Assembly (NCBI RefSeq): GCF_033153115.1
Contig: NW_026889764.1
Span: 10,602,001 to 10,666,000 of the forward strand
Length of the DNA: 64,000 bases
Reading direction: 5' to 3'
DNA from: Saccostrea echinata
Lineage: Eukaryota
In this document: one piece after another, positions 26,593 to 39,934 of the stretch
How the letters are laid out: every line of letters starts with the position of its first letter
Numbering within the stretch: the stretch's first letter is position 1
Made by a program: the position numbers and the translations under genes
Notes under the pieces: model-generated
Databases searched by the model: none
The model's input: only the letters and a program-made list of their open reading frames with translations
Told to the model about the DNA's origin: nothing

Positions 26593-28195
26593 CAATCCTG
26601 TTCGAAAATTTAAAAAAAAGTAACCGTCAAATAAAATATGTTGAAGTGTTTATGAATTTAAGGAAAAACTCCACAATGTTTAAAAAGAACTGTATTTTTT
26701 GAATGCTTTGTTTCACATGGTTATTTTGCGATATCGTTCTTACACAAATATACAGATAATGTATTTGTGTAGGTGTAATTAATTTGTAGTGATTAATATA
26801 ATGTAAAAGATGTTTAACAGTTTCGAAATTGACCAAGTTAAATCCACAATGCAGTTAAACGAAATATATACCAAATGTTGCTACATTTATTGTAAGCGTT
26901 AGAGTCAGTACAATATGCGTCAATATATAAAGTAAAAGGTATAACAAAACGGGTTTTTGAATTTATCTTGCCATGGGTCAGACAAAACGCATGTTGTCCT
27001 TGAACACATTTAATAAATGTACATGTATAATAATGACTGCACATCACATTTCATTTTGGGGAAGATGGACTTAAAACTATCTGAACGGTGAATTAAAATT
27101 AAAAAAAAAACAGATGAATAAAATACTTTTGAAATATGATTTCTAGTACACCTAAAATATATACGTCTGTATGATTTTTGTATACAATATACAACTGTAA
27201 ATTCCTTATACAAAAGAAATGATAATTATTGTTTTGTTTTCCTTTAAATGCTTAAAGCTATATATGGCATAACTGAGCTAAAAAAATGATAAAACGAGAT
27301 TGATAGTAGATATACATGATATAATGTTATTTACGTTCAAATTAAAATTTTCGCCGTTTTTGAACTTGAATAACCTCACGTTTCTATAATTAAATTGACT
27401 TTAAATGTGTCTTTTATCTAAATGTGGAAAATAAATCGGTTATTATTTTAATTCTTTGATGTCTTTGAAACGCGATTGATTTAAATTGTGTAATTTACAG
27501 AAAAGTCCTATCTTTATATAAAGTAATAAATCAAATAAAAAGGCATTTTTAATTTTGGTTATCTGAACAAAAATAAGCCACATATGACTTTAAAAAAGAT
27601 TAACTCCATTGACTTTAATATACATTTGGTCAATTGATTCACAACAAACTTCGTCTTGCGCAAGGGAAAGTTTTGTTACTTTTAAGGAACTGAGCGCTAC
27701 TTGTAAATGTACATTAACCCTTACTTATTACTTCATAAACAATGGAAGATGACGAGAAAAAGTTGGGTTACTCCGTTGATCATGCAGTTTACTTATTAGT
27801 TGGCCATTATCTTCTATAGTCAGTGAAAAGGTCTGCTCTTTGATTTATTGTGAGGAATGGTTAAATAAAGCGTTAAAAAGTCATATGATTTAATGGTATT
27901 GATTTTTGAAAGTTTTGAGATTTGAAATTTTCCACAAAAAATGTTTCGGTGGTTTTTTTTTCAGAATCTACATTTGATTTACACCACTCCTTATAGTACA
28001 ATTCGTCTGAAGTTTCTCCTTCCAAACAAAAAGATAAATTATGCCTTCCCACTGCATTATCCGGCCTGTTTAGCACCTAATTTAATTAGTAATCACTAGT
28101 AACAGCTGGAAATGTAATGACCAATCAACGGATATAGAATACATATAAGAAAGTGGGTCATAACTATAATGAACCTTAATTTCTATTTAATCAGG

Positions 28196-29378
28196 ATGGC
28201 AAATCGTGTAGCAGTGGCTTTCATTTTAGCTTGTATTGCTTTCATAAGTGCAAATGCTGTTATTCGACGTGTCGGAGGAATAGGTAGAACAAAACCTGCA
28301 ACTCCAGAAATCCAACAACTTGTGAATTCCGTAAGTAAAAATTAAATAAATTTTCAAAAGTTCAAGTATTGCTCAAAGTTTTTGTTTTATGTCAAATTTT
28401 TCTTACTTCTGAGGCACGTAAGTGTTTACAGAGAGACTACTGACACAAAACACTTTTAGTTCGTTGTCTACCCGGAAGATTTTCAATTTTTTCCCTGCGT
28501 CACAGTTACAAAGGCACAAGATATATTAAAAAATTGTTACCTTGAGTAAATTTCTGCACACATTAATTTTAGCTCTGAATATTTAGATTCGCTAATAAAA
28601 ATACTTCATTAAGACAGGATTTTTCTCTTTTATGGTATCCATGATTTTCCTCTCAGTTTAGAATATTTTTATCATATGTCCTTTCTTTGCATCAGCATGA
28701 AGCAATTAAATAAACAGTTGGTGTATGTAATGATTTAAAGGCATTTCTTCTACAAAGTGTCCAAAAATTACCACAGAAACAAAAAGTACATGTATCTGTT
28801 AACGGGTCGCCTTACAATACTTATCACAAACCAATTTTGTTAGGTACTAAGTATTTATCGAACTTCTCGTATGCAGGTACGATGGCAAATAATCAGTCAA
28901 CTTCCCCTAGGATACAACAGAGGGCAATACCTACCACTAATAGCTCGTTCATACAAAGAGCAGGTAGTCTCCGGCAAAAACTATTTCATTAAGGTAAATA
29001 TTGACTTAAATGCAAATATGAAGTGAATAATGATAATAATATTTTTTTCACTTTCTGTCATTTTGTTTCACTACTGAAACAGTGTGAGTTTTCTCATAGA
29101 CTTAAATGGGGCTGTGTCTTTTAGTGTTGTGTTGCATGCAGCGCCCAAAAAGCAGAAAATTTTGTATGAAAAATTCATACATGCTATTCCATATTGAGAT
29201 ATGTCAGATATCGAATGAATTATGGATCTAATATGTGAACATTTTTTCTAAATAACAGGTTCAAACAGGACTCATGAGGTATATTCACGTTCGAATATAT
29301 AGGAAATGGAATGGATTCACTTCTGTGCATGGTGTCCAGTTGCAAAAATCCCTCTGGGACCCGATCGAATATTTTTAA
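28196..29378 (+). CDS. Predicted secreted stefin-like cystatin E, 123 aa, strongly basic
   Basis: Exons 28196-28330, 28877-28993, 29259-29378. MANRVAVAFILACIAFISANAVIRRVGGIGRTKPATPEIQQLVNS/VRWQIISQLPLGYNRGQYLPLIARSYKEQVVSGKNYFIK/VQTGLMRYIHVRIYRKWNGFTSVHGVQLQKSLWDPIEYF. Confidence 0.92.
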
Positions 29379-29402
29379 ATATATATATGTAAATGGAAGT
29401 TG

Positions 29403-29441
<39 letters not shown>

Positions 29442-30645
29442 GTAAAATCAAAATTAAATTAATTTTAAACAAATATTAGATAGTTTATGTGTTGTTCTAA
29501 TAATAATAACTCCTCCTTTTACATGAATTGCTAGAAATTGAAACAATATCAATTATTAAAGATAGGATGTGTGTTGTTTTCTATTTTGCTCAATTGCTTT
29601 AAAAACCTCATAATTACACCGTCATGAACAAATGATGCGGGAGAGATTTAAATTATATATGTGACGGGTATCAATTAGTTGAGAACGGCATCATAAATGA
29701 CCTCATCACGAAACTTCTTGCCTTGATCATACATAATATACAATAAAACAAACATGCTGAGCTTTTCCCTTGTCATATATACAAAGCTAATTTAAGAACT
29801 GGTATTCATTATAAGGACAGAAACAGAATATGCAAATTTTGAAGCCCTTAATCTTTTACATGTTGCTACTAGAGATTTAACAAATTTGGGCATACTTAAC
29901 CCTTTTACTACCAGAGAATTTACAAACTTTTCTGAAAGGTTAGATCTTCAAAGCAAAAAAAAAAAAAAAAAATTCCAAAACGTGGTTTTCAATTTTGTTC
30001 CAAGTAATGCAAACAAATTTCTTCCCAGCTTTCTAATAGTAAGCATTTTTTTCAAATTGCATCTCCTAAAATTTTCACCCGATTTCAATTAATCTTGGTA
30101 CACAAATAGACAACACCAAGATAATATTTCTAATAATTCATTTTACTAAAATATTTACAATTATTTTCATTTCAATGAAAGGTTATGCCAAAAATACGCA
30201 AAAAATTGATATTCCGAGAAGATCGTTTTAAAGCACTAATTTTTCAACAAAATTGTTCGGATTTCAACAAAACTTTTAACACAAGTTTACTATATACAAT
30301 GGTAAGCATTACGATTACACTGAACAACATAGCAGTGGGTAGTAGAATAAAATATTAACATTTACACAATATTTCCTTTATATTTCCTTGTACAGGCTCG
30401 GATCTGTTATAATTATGGTTATTACAAATCATAGGCTTATTAAACCGCCACGTTTTACAGAAGAAAATACTGCTCAAACAACCCGTTTGTTCCTTAAACT
30501 TCAATTTGCCAACAAATTAAAGGAATTGACGCAGTTTATTAATAATATACGTAATAAATCACAAAAGGGACCAGTCTTATATTCCACTATATTTCAATTT
30601 GAAGTTCACACCTTGTATTTTTCAAAAACAATCATCCAAAAAAAA

Positions 30646-30927
30646 AGTGGTTAGAGCGTCTGCTCTAGAGTCGCGAAGTAAGGAGTTGATCCATACGTCG
30701 CGGGTTCGAATCCCACTGTGGGACGTGGAGACCGGTCCTTCGGATGAGACCGTATAAACCGAGGTCCCTTGTCGCAGTAGGTGCTGGCACGAAAAAGATC
30801 CCTCACTGCTCAATGGCCGAAAGTGCCGAGTATAGGACAAAATTTGCAGCTCTCCACCGGCAAGTGGTGGCGTCTCCATATGAGTGAAAAATTCTCGAGA
30901 GGGACGTTAAACAACAAACAAACAAAC
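30646..30927 (+). mobile_element. tRNA-derived SINE, 5'-truncated
   Basis: Same family as 26299-26592; flanking duplication aaaacaatcatc. Confidence 0.85.
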
Positions 30928-30949
30928 AAAACAATCATCGATTATTGCT

Positions 30950-33945
30950 TCTAAACTTTTTAATTACAAAAAACTCTACAGTGCTTAGATATTGGAACAT
31001 CTGAAACATAATCCTCCAATGTGATCATGTTCTTCACCCTACTACTATAGCCTTGCCGGATACGTCATTACTGGTGACGTTAATAGTTAATAATGAGGAT
31101 TTTCAATCACTTATTTTGAAAGAGCCAAAATTTAGGGATCCCCGATCTTTCAAATGGTGACATAATTTCATAAATATTACGAATTCTGTGGAAGGTGATA
31201 GGCCAAACATGTAAAAGCCTTGACACTTTGTTAGGATGGACTAAATGTATCAGATGGACGTTGAAATCACGCATTAAGAGATATAATCAATAATTTCAAT
31301 ACGTAAGATTTTTCAACACTTTATACAGCCATTCCCCACGAAAAATTTAAGTCCAGGCTTTCTGACATCATAGACAGCTGCTTTTTCAATAAAAATGGAA
31401 CTCGTTTATTTACTTTTCTTAAGCTTGTCATTGGTAACTTCCAAAAATTATTTCGTAAAAAAACATTCCGATTTGACACACAAGCAGGCTTCTCCATAAG
31501 CCTTTTAACGTGGCGGCCCCGCCACAATCAAATTTTGTAGAGACACGGTTAAAAAATCAGCACCATAGTTCCTCCACAGTTAAAATATATGCGTCACAGT
31601 AAGATCGTCGTTGTCAGTATGATGAATACATAAATTTATAAATCAAATGAACCTCAATGAATTATGTACCGTTTTTCAGTTTCTAATGCTAAACTGTTAA
31701 ATTTACTCTAATTGTTTGGCTTGCACCATTATCTTCTAGACCTCCCTGGACACATGAATGAAAAGAGACAATCAATTTTTTTCACGCTTGACAATAATTA
31801 CAAATGAAATTTTAAATATCAATTAATTCATGCTTTAATAGTTCTGCAGATAAACACGTCTCTAAAATTGCATCGGCACTGCGACTCAAAACAATGCGCG
31901 TGTATCATTACTAATCATGTATTTTTTAATGTTGAAAAATTAGCAAAATGATTTTATGACTCGAAACTACTTAAATGTTTTTTTAATTTACAAATATCAA
32001 GATAGTTCAGTCTTTAGATCAATAGTTATCGCGAATGTGTGACCTACCAGAATTTCCTTTGTCCTTTAATGCACACTGTAGGTGAATAATTTACCTTTTG
32101 TAAACAAAGTTATTTTTTTAATTAGGGTTAAATGCATAAATTTTGTTATTACTGGGACTATTAATTTCAGATTTTATGAGCTAATATTTGTTTATTACTT
32201 GAAAAAGACGTTAATGGTAATCTAACTACCAAGCTTTATGATAAACGTGATGACTTTAACTTTTCAATCGTCAACTTCCTTTGCTTATGCAGCGATGTAC
32301 CTTCGTCACCTGCATACGGGGTTTATATCTCTCAGTTGATTCGATACGCAAGAGCATGCTCTAAGTATGTACAATTTCTAAAACGAGGTAAATTATTGAC
32401 AAACAAGTTGATGAAACAAGAATATCAGCAGTATTGTTTAAAGTCATCATTTCGAAAGTTCTATGGTCGATACAATGATCTTGTCAGCAAATACAATATT
32501 TCATTAAGTCAAATGCTGACGTTTTTCATACTAATTGTTAGGCCATTATTAACACACTGAATTGTCGGATTTTTCCGTTATTTCCCGATCATGACAAAGA
32601 GCACACGGCGTGTGTGACCGGTCTGCATGGGATGCTCACTCCTCCATGGCACCTGATTCCACCTCTGATGTTTTAGAGGTCCGTGTTTGCTCTACTTCTA
32701 TTTTGTATTGTTTAATGGACTTTTGAGCTTGAATACTGTTCGTTATCTCCATATATTTCATTCACAAGTACGTATGTGATTTTTTAAGGGGGGGGGGGTC
32801 TTTTTCACAGTATGAATATATTTTGGAAAGAACATAATTTTTGTTTTACACTATGTTTAATCTATATCGTTTAATTGTTTTTATTTTTGAATTTATTAAT
32901 CATTTTGCCAATTAATTAATGCATTTTTGTATTAAACTATTGTTTCATAGGGGCTGTGAGTTCAATTTGTTTTGGGGTTCCTTCGCGAATTAGGTCGCGC
33001 AAATGACCGCGAATATAAGCACTTCGCATAAGTTTTACGCCACAATTAAATTTGAAATGATGGAAAACCCTGCACAAGTACATGTACTCCGAAGTTGATT
33101 TTGAAAAAGATGCTTGAGTTACTGATTGACAATATCTATTTAGTTCTTGGAGATCAAGTCTTCCAACAATCTGTCGGAACTCCCATGGGTACCAATTGCA
33201 CCCCTTAATTATCGGATCTATTTTTATATTCATATGTAGCAGAATTATTGCAAAAAGTTCTACATGAGAAGAAAAAAAACACTTGCTGTTGCCAACTCGA
33301 CATTTAGATATATCGACGACGTTTTATCAATTAAAAATAGTAGCGTCCATTCATATGTAGACTCCATATATCCCAGTGAACTTGAAATAAAAGACACCAC
33401 AGAGTCTGACACATCTGTTTCATAACTGGATATTTTACAAAAAAAAATTCTTAATGGTAACCGTCAACTTCCCTTATTTATGTAGCAATATACCCTTATC
33501 ACCTACTTACTGAGTTTATCTCCCAGTTGATTCGATACACAAGAGCATGTTCTACGTACGAACAATTTCTTAAAGGAGGCAATCTATTGACAAGTTGATG
33601 AAACAAGGCTATCAACAGTCTCAATTTGCAGGTTCTTTGGTCGATACAATGACCCTGTCAGCAAATACATTCTATCATTAAATCGAAAGCTGACTGACCT
33701 TTTTCATACTAATTGTTAGGTCATTTTTTTACACACTGAATTGGATACGGAATTTTTTTTTCGTTTGCCTGATCAAAACGAGAAGTACACGGCGGGTGTG
33801 AACGGTCGACCGGGGATGCTTACTGCTTCATGACACCTAGTCCCACTTCTGATGGTTTTAGAGGTCCATGGTTTCTCTGCTCCCGATTTGTATTCTTTCA
33901 ATGGACTTTTGAGCTTGAATATTGTTCGTTATCTCCATATTTCAC
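30950..33945 (+). mobile_element. Decayed Penelope-like retroelement split by an insertion
   Basis: DFSTLYTAIPHEKFKSRL at ~31310-31360 resumes after 33072 with GTPMGTNC and RYIDDVLSI, then the family 3' tail. Confidence 0.8.
31485..33072. mobile_element. Non-autonomous hAT-like element with 6-bp TSD, containing a Penelope 3' fragment (~32200-32765)
   Basis: Ends CAGGCTTCTCCAT / ATGGAAAACCCTG; CACAAG duplicated at 31479-31484 and 33073-33078. Confidence 0.7.
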
Positions 33946-35384
33946 AGTAAAAGTCAGTTATAAAGAAACTCGCTTATAAGGAAGACTAGATAATTATTTG
34001 TTTTACGAATCCCTTAGAAGACTTTTCATTATGTTCCTAATAGGGATATAAAGAATCTCGTTCATAATGAAAGAAATTCCTTGTGACGTCTTTATAATCG
34101 AGTTTTACTATATACCTCTGAGCTATACAATCTTGTGATATATATTTAAAAAACAAAGGGGAAAGACTAGTTCTATACATAATAAAAATTACTTGGTTGA
34201 CTAAATTTTACTATTGTTAACTAGTTTATTAATCGTAATAAAATTTCGCGAATCAGAATTCATTGTTAATTTTTTGCTAATCGTGAATCAGAAGAGTGCA
34301 AACTTATGTATGTTTTTTTTTACATTAAAGAATAAGCTTGTAAATCTTTAAATGAGTGAATAATGAGACCTGTAACACTCAAAATCATGTTAAAGAAATA
34401 TAATTAAAGCATAGCATGACACTGTTAAGATTGAGTGTCCATCCTAGATAGGGTTGGATACCGTTAAGGATGAAACGGTACCATCCCATACCGGTATTTT
34501 TGAAACGATACGGTATTTTTAACGATACGGTACTTGTCCTTGATGAATGAGAATAAGGGTTGATTTCATAACAAATATGCTTTCACCAATCATCAACCTT
34601 TCAATGTTATAACCTAAAATGAGCTTATAAACTATGTTTATATTTCAACCTTTTAATAAATGACCAACAAAACAAATAAATTGAATCTCAAACAAATTAA
34701 TTTGAATAGATACATAATCACAAGTATACACAACTTTCGTGGTTGCTAGGACCCATTTTGTTTGGTCGCAATAAACAACGAAACATTAGAACATGGATAG
34801 AAATGCACATCACATTTTTGCGACATTTTGCCTTTTTAATTTACATTTATGTACAATTGCCAATGCAAATTCAGTTTGATAAAAATAACTAATCTGTGGA
34901 ACTTCTCATTCTTTAACATTTCCGTGTACTGTCATGAACCCAACTCACAGTTATTGTACTATCGCAGAATTTTGAGAAACCGCCTTCACTCTCCATTTTC
35001 ATAAACAACAAAACACTTAGGTATGTTGCACTTTGCCACTAATGTGACTTTAATTATAGAAATTACTTGTAATTAATTATGTAATAATTGGTCAAGAAAT
35101 CCATAAAATTATTAATTAACTTCTTATTATCTATATCAAAAATTCACAACAGAATGAAGTCGAATTATGAATATGATTGATATGTAAACAGTGATTACCT
35201 AATATGTGGCGTAATTGATTACATAATATATAAAACCTTCTTGTGGTCTGAAACCGCCATGTACTTGATTAAATTTATACTTTAAATTAAATTTAATCAA
35301 GTTCAGACCCCAAGAAAAAGGAAGCCGAAAAGGGGGCAAAGTGCAGTTATACCTGTCAAAATAAAGTAATTTTAAGTCAGCGGA

Positions 35385-35670
35385 GATAAACATATGCCCT
35401 GCTTGTCCTTTTGAAAAGTTTGTACGTTCCACACATATGAACCAGTAGGAATAAACATATGTCCTACTATGTACCCAATGAAACCAAGAGCCATAAATGT
35501 ACAGCAAGATGAAAAATTCCAAGTCAGAGATAAACATATGCCCTGCTTGTCATTCATAAAAGTAAGTCTACTCATGTCTGTTTGTTAGTAGAACTACTGC
35601 TACCTAGGGAATAAATATGCCACAAGTGGACTGCTTATTAAATCCAAATCAGGGATAAACATATGCCCTG
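35385..35670. repeat. Dispersed short repeats in the retroelement 3' region
   Basis: gataaacatatgccctg(cttgtc)-like motif about 5 times. Confidence 0.7.
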
Positions 35671-35951
35671 GACTGAACATGTCACGAAAAGTTTATTCAC
35701 AGACACTGATATTAACTTTGGTAAATTATGTCCGACGACATCGTATAAACACGTGTTCTTGCCTAGGTTGAACGTTTGTCACACTGCTATGCACGCATAA
35801 TGAAGTGTTTTCATTTAATATATCATTATAAAAATACATATTTTTAAAAACAGATGCTGTTCAAAATTGTCACCAAATGTTGTATGCATCAGAAATTAAA
35901 AGGTTATCTCCCTTGAAATGTCCAGGGTTGGTAATTTCCCCTTAACGCCAA

Positions 35952-37758
35952 TCAAGATGGAAAAGGCGGAAGAGGAGGTATCTCTACTGGATGTCTGTCT
36001 GCCCAAGTAGCCAGTTCCAAGAATTGCTGTACCTTGGAACGAGAAAGATAGTCACATAGCAAATTTTCTTTGCTTGACAAATGTATTGCTCTAAAGTAAA
36101 TATTAAATTCTAGACAGGTTAGCACCAGTTTCCTCAACAAAAACATTATGTGTTTATCCTTAGCTGTTTGCTTATTGATCACATGAACCAGTGCATGATT
36201 GTCAGTGTTAAACAAAATACATTTATTAGCAAGGTATTTTGACCACGTTTGCACAGCAAGTACTATAGGATAAAATTCCAAAATAGCAATATTCTGGTAT
36301 CTCCAATTAATATCCCAATTTCCTTGAAACCACTGACTACCAAGCACTGCAGAATATCCAATAGACCCTGATGCATCAGTATACAACTTTATTTCAGTAG
36401 AATTTAACCACCTATCGGGCAAAAACATGGTAGATCCATTGTAATTTGAAAGAAAACTCAGCCAAACATTTAGATCTTCTTTACTTCCTTTGTCATTCTA
36501 ATTTTATAGTATTGTTTTTTAATTCCAATAGTCAAGTCTATCAGTCTCCTAAGAAAAGACCTACCGGGCAATACTACATTACATGCAAAATTCAATAAAC
36601 CTATCAGTGACTGCAATTCCTTGAATGTCAATTTTTGTTGTTGTAAACTTGATTCAATTTTCGTAACACACTTAAGGATCTTATCATCTGGAAGCCTAGA
36701 TTCCATTTTAACTGAATCCAATTCATATCCCAAGTAAGTTATGATCTGGCTGGGTCCACATGTTTTTTCAAGTGATATTGGGACCCCTATATCCATCAAC
36801 ATATCGAGGAATGCCTTCAACTGTTTAACACATTCAGTAGTGATTTATTAATGATTATAAAATCGTCTAAAACATGGGATATGCAAGATATTTTCAGTTT
36901 ATTCTGAGCTATCCATTGTAATGCTGTTGAAAATCTTTCAAAAATTCTACAAGAAGAACTAAGACCAAATTGCAAGCAGGAGTCCACATAATATTTGTTA
37001 TTCCACTTGAAACCTAAGTACTTAAATTGTGATTGATGCATGTTGATAATTCTAAAAGCCGATTTTATATCTGTCTTGCAGCAGTATGCACCTTTTCCAC
37101 AATTTTTTATTAATTGAATAGCATCTGAAACCGATGAGTATTGAACAAATGACTCATCCGGTGGAATCCCATCATTGATGGACTTGTTTTCTGGATATGA
37201 TAGATGATGAATCATTCTGTATTCCCCAGGTTCTATCTTTTCAACTAAGCCTAATGGAGAGCATTGTAAATCAGGTATTGGTTTGATTTCAAAAGGTCCA
37301 TAAACCCTCCCAGCCAAAATTTCCTTTTGTATCTTACTAGATATAACCTGTGGGTTTTGGAAAGCAGAATTTAAATTCTTTGATTCAATACCAGGGCATT
37401 CACCCACAAAACCCAACGAAAACCCATTAGAGAAACCATTTATTAGATATTTGGATTCATCTTCATCATATCCAGCTAACCATTTTGCCAATCTACTTAC
37501 TTTTACTGGTGTCATTCCTTTGTTTGGAAGGGTTGGTAAATTCTTTGTTATTTTTATTTGTTTGGGTGTAGAATTTTCTAAGGAAACGAAAGGGCTGCTG
37601 TGTTTGTTTGTTACAGTGATTAAATGGGTGGTTGCTGCCACAGTTGTAACACATATGTTGGAAACGAGAGGATAGACCTGCACGACACTGCTTACCTGCA
37701 TGAAAATTGAAACAAGCCCCTTTTGGGATGGGCCCTGACGTTGCGTCTTTATTTTCAC
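35952..37758 (-). pseudogene. RT-RNase H (pol) of a DIRS/Ngaro-type tyrosine-recombinase retrotransposon, frameshifted
   Basis: TPVKV..YLINGFSNGF, YRMIHHLSYP, KTDIKSAFR, LQFGLSSS, HVLDDF, LQSLIGLLNFAC, LYTDASG, IAILEFYPI, TDNHALV; split over three frames (breaks near 36820 and 36470). Confidence 0.88.
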
Positions 37759-38573
37759 TACTTACTTTTGTCAATAGATCAGTTTTGAGTCTAGCATTTA
37801 CATACAATTCCATGTGAACATCACCCCATGCAACCTGTCCTTGAGACACAAGCTGTCTAAATTCTGCATCGTAATTTTTCCAATTACCTTTGGCATCAGC
37901 AATATCTCTCACTGCCTCTAAATGCTTGGCTAATTTTGACTGCTGTTCAGGGTATTTTATACAATATATTGCTGCATACCTGTTCCAAGCTGTAATCCAG
38001 TCATGCATAGAGGAAACATTTGACTTGTTTTCGGCATCGTTCTCAACCTGGTGAATGGTTAACTTCCCCTGAGTATCACTATTTTCTACTTGCAAAGAGA
38101 ACTTACCCTTCTTCTGTTTTTCCTTTGATAAAAGTTTAACAAAATCAATGCACTGATTAGACCATATCTTAGCCTTGATTTGGTCAGACACCAGAGCTTC
38201 TATTGGCACTGCTGTGCTGACAAATCCTGTTTGTCCCCTACCTTTATTTGACTCAGTGGCCTCGGGCAATACACTAGATTGAGCATTTACAGTGACACTA
38301 CTATCTGAGATGGCAATCTGTGGAGATGCTTGCACATTACTATTGTCTATACTCCCCTGATTATTCAAATTCGATGATCTAGTGTTGACAACTTCATTAA
38401 TAAGTGTTGTTATTGAAGCCGTAACCCTATCAGTGACATGCAGTTTTGGTGATTTCTTCCACCACATCATCAGGTACCGAGATCTGGTCTGCTACCAACC
38501 GTCTTTTCTTTCCTTGTCGGGAAGTAGTGGGTGGAACCGCTCGTGCCCTACTTGACTGTCTCTTTGGAGGCAT
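37493..38573 (-). pseudogene. gag-like ORF of the DIRS/Ngaro-type element
   Basis: MPPKRQ start at 38573, frameshift near 38440; IKAKIWSNQCIDF, W..YDAEFRQ and a C-terminal Cys/His finger region (CFNFH..C..H.CYNCGSNH...HC) overlapping pol. Confidence 0.8.
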
Positions 38574-38854
38574 TGTATATATACTGAAAATATATACTTC
38601 TAATTCTTTAGTGATGCTGTAAAAAGAATTACTTTTTGTCAATAAAAGGTAAGAGATATGATGAGATCTATATTTTCTAGAGATTTGTCATGTAAACAAC
38701 AACAAATAGATAAATACATGTATCTTAAATCCGTATTTTCTTTTTTTTTTTTTTTTTTTTTTTAATTTTGTCAAATACTAAACATATCCGAATAAGGCAG
38801 TTACCCTCTTAAGTAATGCTGATTTCCAAAAGTAAAATCTCACCATAGAATGTT

Positions 38855-39485
38855 TAATATCTTGTCCTCAGGAAACACAAACAACTTGTGTTGATCCTTA
38901 TGAGGAAAACCTCAAGAGAGGAGTTTTAACACAATATTGTCCTCAGGAAACACAAACAACTTGTGTTGATCCCAATGAGGAAAACCTCGATAGAGGAATT
39001 TGTAATATTTTCCTCAGGAAACACAAACAACTTGTGTTGATCCTAATGACGAAAACCTCAGTAGAGGAGTTTGTAATATTGTCCTCAGGAAACACAAACA
39101 ACTTGTGTTGATCCTTATGAGGAAAACCTCGAGAGAGGAGTTTTAATCAATATTGTCCTCGGGAAACACAAACCACTTGTGTTGATCCCAATGAGGAAAA
39201 CCTCAATAGAGGAGTTTGTAATATTGTCCTCAGGAAACACAAACAACTTGTGTTGATCCTAATGAGGAAAACCTCAACAGAGGAGTTTGTAATATTGTCC
39301 TCAGGAAACACAAACAACTTGTGTTGATCCTTATGAGGAAAACCTCGAGAGAGGAGTTTTAATCAATATTGTCCTCGGGAAACACAAACCACTTGTGTTG
39401 ATCCCAATGAGGAAAACCTCAATAGAGGAGTTTGTAATATTGTCCGCAGGAAACACAAAAAACTTGTGTTGATGCAAATGAGGTA
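38855..39485. repeat. Nine 71-75 bp tandem units with trimeric higher-order structure
   Basis: Unit starts near 38864, 38939, 39010, 39081, 39155, 39226, 39297, 39371 and 39442. Confidence 0.95.
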
Positions 39486-39697
39486 AAATAAATAAGAAAT
39501 AAAAAATAAATAAATAATAAATTTGAATAGATCAATCAATAACTTACTAAATAAGTAAACAAATTAATTTATTAATTGAATAAGTAAATTGAATAAGAAC
39601 ACATTTCCACACGGAAATGAGAGAATCTTGATTATCAGAAACAAGCAAAGTTATAATCAATTTCAGAACTGGATCATCTTATCAAACAAAAATTTCA

Positions 39698-39738
<41 letters not shown>

Positions 39739-39934
39739 TTTTTAATACATGTACGTCTAGTATACATATTAACTGGTATGTAAATTTATATATATATATC
39801 TATACATTTTGTTTGTTTTTTTTTTTTTTTTTTGGTTTTTGTTTGTTTGTTTGTTTTTTTTTTTGTTTTTTTTGTTTTTTTTTTTTTTTGTTTTTTATAT
39901 AAATCATTATTATTTCTGCATTTTGCATTTCTAA

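Noticed and set aside
24500-28100. Missing minus-strand partner genes upstream of E (and of J at 58-61 kb)
   Set aside because: I looked for NYFIK, HVKIY and TPGG remnants by eye and found none; a sensitive alignment could still reveal relics.
28169-28195. Upstream in-frame ATG for gene E
   Set aside because: It lies about at the expected transcription start (TATA near 28143); paralogue D aligns with the ATG at 28196.
38855-39485. CRISPR array or hammerhead-ribozyme array
   Set aside because: Units are contiguous with no unique spacers, and the context is eukaryotic. CTGAGGA (minus) and CTAATGA-GGAAAACC (plus) resemble hammerhead cores, but the required GAAA after stem II is missing.
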